Positions 63,318-64,000 of a DNA stretch of 64,000 nt are shown here, piece after piece. The stretch is taken from the NCBI GenBank assembly GCA_040954595.2, contig CM082576.2, forward strand, positions 730,648 through 794,647, written 5' to 3'. The number at the start of each line of letters is the position of its first letter. The first letter of the stretch is position 1. This stretch comes from Balanoglossus misakiensis (Eukaryota; Animalia; Hemichordata). The position numbers and the translations under genes are program-made. The notes below the pieces were generated by a model, which was given only the letters and a program-made list of their open reading frames with translations, made no database searches and was not told the DNA's origin.

Positions 63318-64000
63318 CTGTTCCATAAGAAAATTGGGGATAAAAAAAAATCTCTGTGTTAATCTCTTCAGGAACACATCAAATATGCCATTTGACATTG
63401 GATATGAGTGACTATCTCCCTTTTAATGCAGTGATGCAGGTCAGCTTGCAGAGATGCTTGTACTCTACAGGTGTATATAAGTTTACAAAGCAGAAACAAA
63501 ATGCGTCTTTGCTGGCACAATCCTACAACCATCGGCTGTGATAAATAATGAATGCATGATTGTATCATAACAATCCCAGATGACATCTTGCCAAAGGATG
63601 TTATTAACAAAGTGTAAGATGTCATACATTTGAATGAAATATTCATAAAGATCATATTTCACATGCAGCTTCTGAAAGACGTACATTTTTTTGGACACTC
63701 AGCTCATTGTGAGTATGATTAATATCAGATGAACTTGATATTAATATGTATTGTTATTTTTACAATTTGTGTCATGCAGACTTTTCTAATGTGCTGGTTA
63801 CATGGGGATTTATATCTGTGAACTAAAGATTTTAACAAGCTTGTGTGAATCACTGTTTCTTGACATGAAGTATTCTTCCTCCCTCCCTCCCTCCCCACTT
63901 CAAAATCTGACACTTGAGTCCCATTCTTTCCTCTCCAACTTCCACTTGCAATGCCCCCCCCCCCCCCCCCCCCCCCCAAGGACACTCTCTTTCTCATGCA

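Overview
This is AT-rich, intron-rich animal genomic DNA, most consistent with an invertebrate deuterostome (inference from gene content and vertebrate-like intron positions). I built spliced gene models by hand, checking GT-AG boundaries and phase continuity. (1) The 5' part of an MRCK/CDC42BP kinase, minus strand, 15 exons, running off the left edge. (2) A complete TXNDC16/ERp90-like PDI-family gene, plus strand, 18 exons, 831 aa, ending in HTEL. (3) A CIPC (CLOCK-interacting pacemaker)-like gene, minus strand, 4 coding exons, about 463 aa, with an E-box-rich upstream region. (4) A complete prohormone convertase 2 gene (PCSK2), minus strand, 11 exons, 800 aa, with a ~187-aa acidic C-terminal extension and a cluster of perfect CRE and X-box motifs. 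(5) The last exon of an unidentified minus-strand gene at the right edge. Repeats include two double-hairpin, Crypton-like non-autonomous elements and a 5'-truncated L2 LINE. The most notable points are the PC2 acidic tail, the intact HTEL on TXNDC16, the CRE/X-box cluster, an apparently lost PC2 intron, and a CpG-rich domain covering the CIPC promoter and PCSK2. I found no CRISPR arrays, rRNA or tRNA. Comparisons with human genes are from memory and need checking.
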